The notes beneath the pieces were generated by a model. The model had not been told where the DNA came from. It saw only the letters and a list, made by a program, of their open reading frames with translations, and made no database searches. A program made the position numbers and the translations under genes. A stretch of 63,892 nucleotides of DNA, the filler included, from Nemertoderma westbladi (taxonomy: Eukaryota > Animalia > Xenacoelomorpha): assembly GCA_032718475.1 (NCBI GenBank). It is 3 parts of 3 records of this genome, joined end to end, with 100 filler letters (N's around TTAATTAATTAA, not from the genome) between each part and the next. Parts side by side here need not be neighbours in the genome. Positions count along the whole stretch, not along the records: positions 57,361 to 63,892 come from JAUCBJ010002854.1; 2 more parts are not named here. One strand, 5' to 3'. Of this stretch, positions 60,351 to 63,892 are shown in pieces (the stretch's first letter is position 1; each line of letters opens with the position of its first letter).

Positions 60351-62920
60351 GTCCAGGTTCGTCCTCCAGGGGTAGGTACTAAACGCCTTAGTATATTGAG
60401 TACTTTATTTGATCCCATAGGAGTTATAAATCCTGTAATTCTGAAAGCTAGGTACATAGTTAAAACCATGTGCGACCAAAACCTTACATGGGATGAACCC
60501 CTTTCAGGTGATTTATTAGATCAGTGGTCACAATGGGAAAATGCCTTGCCCAATATTGAAAAATTCCGGGTTCCTCGAGCATATTTTTCAAATGCATATC
60601 AATATACATATACATACATATACATATCAATTACATGGTGATGAAAGCAATAAAGTTCTTGGTATTATTGCATACTATAGGGCTACGACCCCCCAAGACA
60701 TTCGTGTTTCTCTTGTCGCGTCCAAATCACTTATTAAAGGTAAGGACTTAACAGTCCCAAGGGCCAAATTAAAAGCAGCCCTATTTGCGACAATCATTGC
60801 CAAGAACATTCTTGAAGAAACAGATTTTAAAATCTCAGGAACTGTTCTGTGGACAGATGCAGCCATAGTGCTGGAATACCTAACGAACACTGTTTGTGGT
60901 TTTAATGTATATATCACAAACAGAGTGTCCATGATTCTCAATCGCACCAAAATAGAACAGTGGAGATATGTCCCCGGACCACAAAATCCAGCAGACATAC
61001 CTTCCCGAGGTGCAACCCCAAATGACTCAATATATTTAAGCTGTTGGTTGAACGGACCCAATTTCCCTTCCCAGTCAGAGGACCAGTGGCGTACTCATCT
61101 CATACCCAAAGAAATGAGACAGGTGAAGGGCTTGGAAATCATAAAGCAAAAAAGGAAACCACGAAGGTCCAAATTGTTCAAACCTATTGACATGGCAACA
61201 AATAAATATGTAAACAAATTGGACAGCACAAACTCAGACCCCCTTTTGAGTATTCACTCCTGGACTGAAGCTGTCCCAGACAACCCCCGATTATTCCAAA
61301 ATCAATCAGACTTACCAAATGTTGAAGTAGGTCTATCCCCATTGATAGCCCGCACCATGAATCATTATAGCTCATGGGATAAATTATGTAGGGCCATAAC
61401 TATTCTAATACAATTGTTCCACTATAGATATAGTACTGATAATATCCCTGTAGTAGGTCTGTCACCCCCTGAAATTGATAAATCTAATTTATAACTATTA
61501 AGACTTTCACAGAAACTTGAGAGACCTGAGAAATAAAATCAACTCAGCGTCGACCGTTTGACTCCATTGTTGGATAAATTCTCAAGTATTATGATTAATG
61601 GATTAATTCGTGGTGGAGGTCGTCTTACTAACGCTGCTATTTCTACAGACACTATGTTCCCAATATTAATATTCGATCCCAAGATCCAAACTAAGTTGAT
61701 ACATTCAATAATTCAAATTTGAAGACATTCATTACAGACTATATCACGCCGGGAGAGAACACATATTGAGTGAAATAAGAAAACGCTACTATTTAGTTAA
61801 CCCTCGTGTGGCTCTGAACCAAATATTGTGGAATTGTATACCCTGCAAGAGGATTTATAGCAAACCGATGATGCAGTTAGAAGCGGCACTCCCGAAGGAA
61901 AGAGTTGACTGCTATCATCCCCCGTTTATACACACTGGTGTTGATCTCTTCGGACCCTTTGAAGTTAAACGCCCTCGTTCGATAGTAAAGCGGTGGTGCG
62001 TGATCTTTGTTTGTATGACTTTCCGAGCTGTCTACCTCGATATAGTCAATGATATGTCAATGAAGAGTTTCATTCTCTGTCTTCAGAGACAGATCGGTAG
62101 ATTCAGAACTAGTCGAACCATGAAATCTGATCAAGGGACAAATTTCGCAGGTGTCAACAATGTGATTTCTAAATTTATCACCAACTGGAATAAACACCAG
62201 CTTGAAGAACACCTCAAAGTGTCAGCGTCTACGTGGACATTTAATGCCACTGACGCACCCTGGAAGCGTGGAAGTTGGGAACGGTTAATACGAAGCACCA
62301 AGGTGGCGTTCCATCATATTATTCCATGTAAAGCTTATTTAACAGACGAACTGCTTAGAACCCTATTGGAGGAGATATCGAGCTACCTTAACGATAGACC
62401 CCTTCTCCCCATTTCGTCCAGCCCACAAGCCTTGGAGAGCCCCTTACGCCAGCGCATTTCTTATTAAGATGGTGTGTGCCTTATTCCCAGTGCTTATGTT
62501 ACCCATATCCGAACCCCAGGATGGCAATTAACTATTAAGACGTACCTGGCAAATGATGCAGCTACTATCTCGGTGATTCGCTACACACTTTGAAAGGTAT
62601 TATTTACTTTCGATCTAAATCAAAAACTAAATGGTTTTCCAAAGGGGAAAATATATCTATTGGTAACATAGTACTACTAGTGGATCAAGACCAACTTAGA
62701 AAGAACTGGAAACAGGTATTATAACTGAAATCCATATGGGCAATGATGATTTGGTACTCTCAGATGAATTAGCTATTTGGAGAGCTAAACCTAAACCCAA
62801 AGTACACTATTTCAATCGACCAATCGGATGCCTTTATTTACTAGAATTGGCAAGGGAACATTATGGTAACTACGGGCAACAAAGGGTTAGGCCAATTATT
62901 CTAACCTGCAAACTAGAGTA
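60351..62920 (+). pseudogene. BEL/Pao pol remnant (RNase H, integrase, C-terminal domain) related to the 38368-41610 element
   Basis: FDPIG, VPRAKLKAA, NPADIPSRG, SKLFKP, HYSSW, TGVDLFGP, SDQGTNF, YLTDELLRTL; many frameshifts. Confidence 0.9.
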
Positions 62921-63124
62921 ACATCTTGGAGAAGGTTACGATTGAGTATGTAATTATTTATCAGTCATTTAGTATAGCATAGGTATTAGTATTAGACTAC
63001 AGTGCAGGTAGCAATAAAATCTACTTATAGAAGTGATTGAAGTCCCAGTGGGGTATCTCAGTCTTAATATGAATATTATGATAATAGCGAATGAAAAAAA
63101 TGCCATAGTTATTAAAGTATTTAA

Positions 63125-63168
63125 ATTCGAACGTTTCGATTTAATCAATAAATCATCATCAGCGTAGG
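63125..63168 (-). ncRNA. Candidate minimal hammerhead ribozyme of a Penelope-like element
   Basis: Minus strand CTACG-CTGATGA-T-GATTTA-TTGAT-TAAATC-GAAACGTT-CGAA: both core boxes, 6-bp stem II, palindromic ACGT at stem III; weak stem I. Confidence 0.6.
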
Positions 63169-63567
63169 CTAACAGACAGTAAAAATGAACAAATTAACAT
63201 ATTTATACTACAGTACTGCAATAGATTTAAATACAACAATATCAGAATTCAGAATCATGTAAAATTAAAGTTATTAGGAGTATGCAACAGATACCGGTAG
63301 GCAGTAAGTATTATAGCAGAATTGATTACAGGTATTGTATATGGGTAAACGTAAAAACATATAGATACATAATTATTGGGGTTACCTAACTACAGTATAT
63401 AAAAACAAATAGGTGAATCAAAACAAAACGTATTGTAGGTGCACGTAAGATAGTGAAAAAAACAATATTTAGAATTAATGTATAGTGTAGGTAGGTACAC
63501 AAGTGCTCGGGAGGGGGGAGGGGGCAGGGGGGGGGGGCAGGATGGGAATGGGTTGCGGAAAGATAAT

Positions 63568-63892
63568 TTACTGGAACAGGTGTAAAGGAAAGGACGTCCC
63601 TTGGATATTAAGAGTAGGTTTCTCATGCTTGATATACAGACTTTCATTAATGAGAAGATCGTAATTTGTATTGGCCCTACTTATAGCCGTGAAATCAGTA
63701 TAGGACACCTTATGATCAAACTCTAGGGAGTGATCATGTATTGCTGAGTGTCTGGGAGCGGATGTGGGTCTTCCTGTTCGGGGAGATATACCAATATGTT
63801 CACATACTCTTACCTTGAAATGGCGTTTTGATTCACCAATATAAGTAGCATCGCAGCTACTACACTTATATTTATATAAGGTAAGAGATCTG
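63568..63892 (-). mobile_element. Penelope-like retroelement C-terminal GIY-YIG endonuclease (runs off the window; missed by the ORF track)
   Basis: Manual translation: LYKYKCSSCDATYIGESKRHFKVRVCEH...HSAIHDH...LLINESLYIKHEKPTLN...LHLFQ*. Confidence 0.88.

Overview
Repeat-rich eukaryotic (animal-like) genomic DNA in three segments joined by two artificial 100-nt N spacers carrying a TTAATTAATTAA six-frame stop linker (25464-25563, 57261-57360). Host genes: an intronless DNAJC14/Jiv-like co-chaperone (3575-5086, -) and an intronless secretory-pathway Ca2+/Mn2+ P-type ATPase (SPCA/ATP2C1-like, 15422-18211, +). The rest is satellites, MITEs (piggyBac-, hAT-, Mutator-, Harbinger-type) and decayed retroelements: four BEL/Pao pol regions, one Gypsy fragment, two RTE LINE copies, a CR1/L2-type fragment with a 2A-like peptide, and a Penelope-like GIY-YIG end with a candidate hammerhead ribozyme. 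The most unusual part is a co-oriented minus-strand block at about 32.5-47.6 kb. It holds a decaying Polinton/adintovirus-like gene cluster (PC4-like, RING, packaging ATPase, basic core-like proteins, integrase, two tandem pentons) whose last gene is fused in frame to a BEL/Pao RT-RNaseH-integrase. After a structured leader follows a ~1417-codon frame with a single in-frame stop, encoding a coiled coil, a DEDDy/WRN-like 3'-5' exonuclease and zinc knuckles. All family assignments come from motif recognition by eye; no database search was run.
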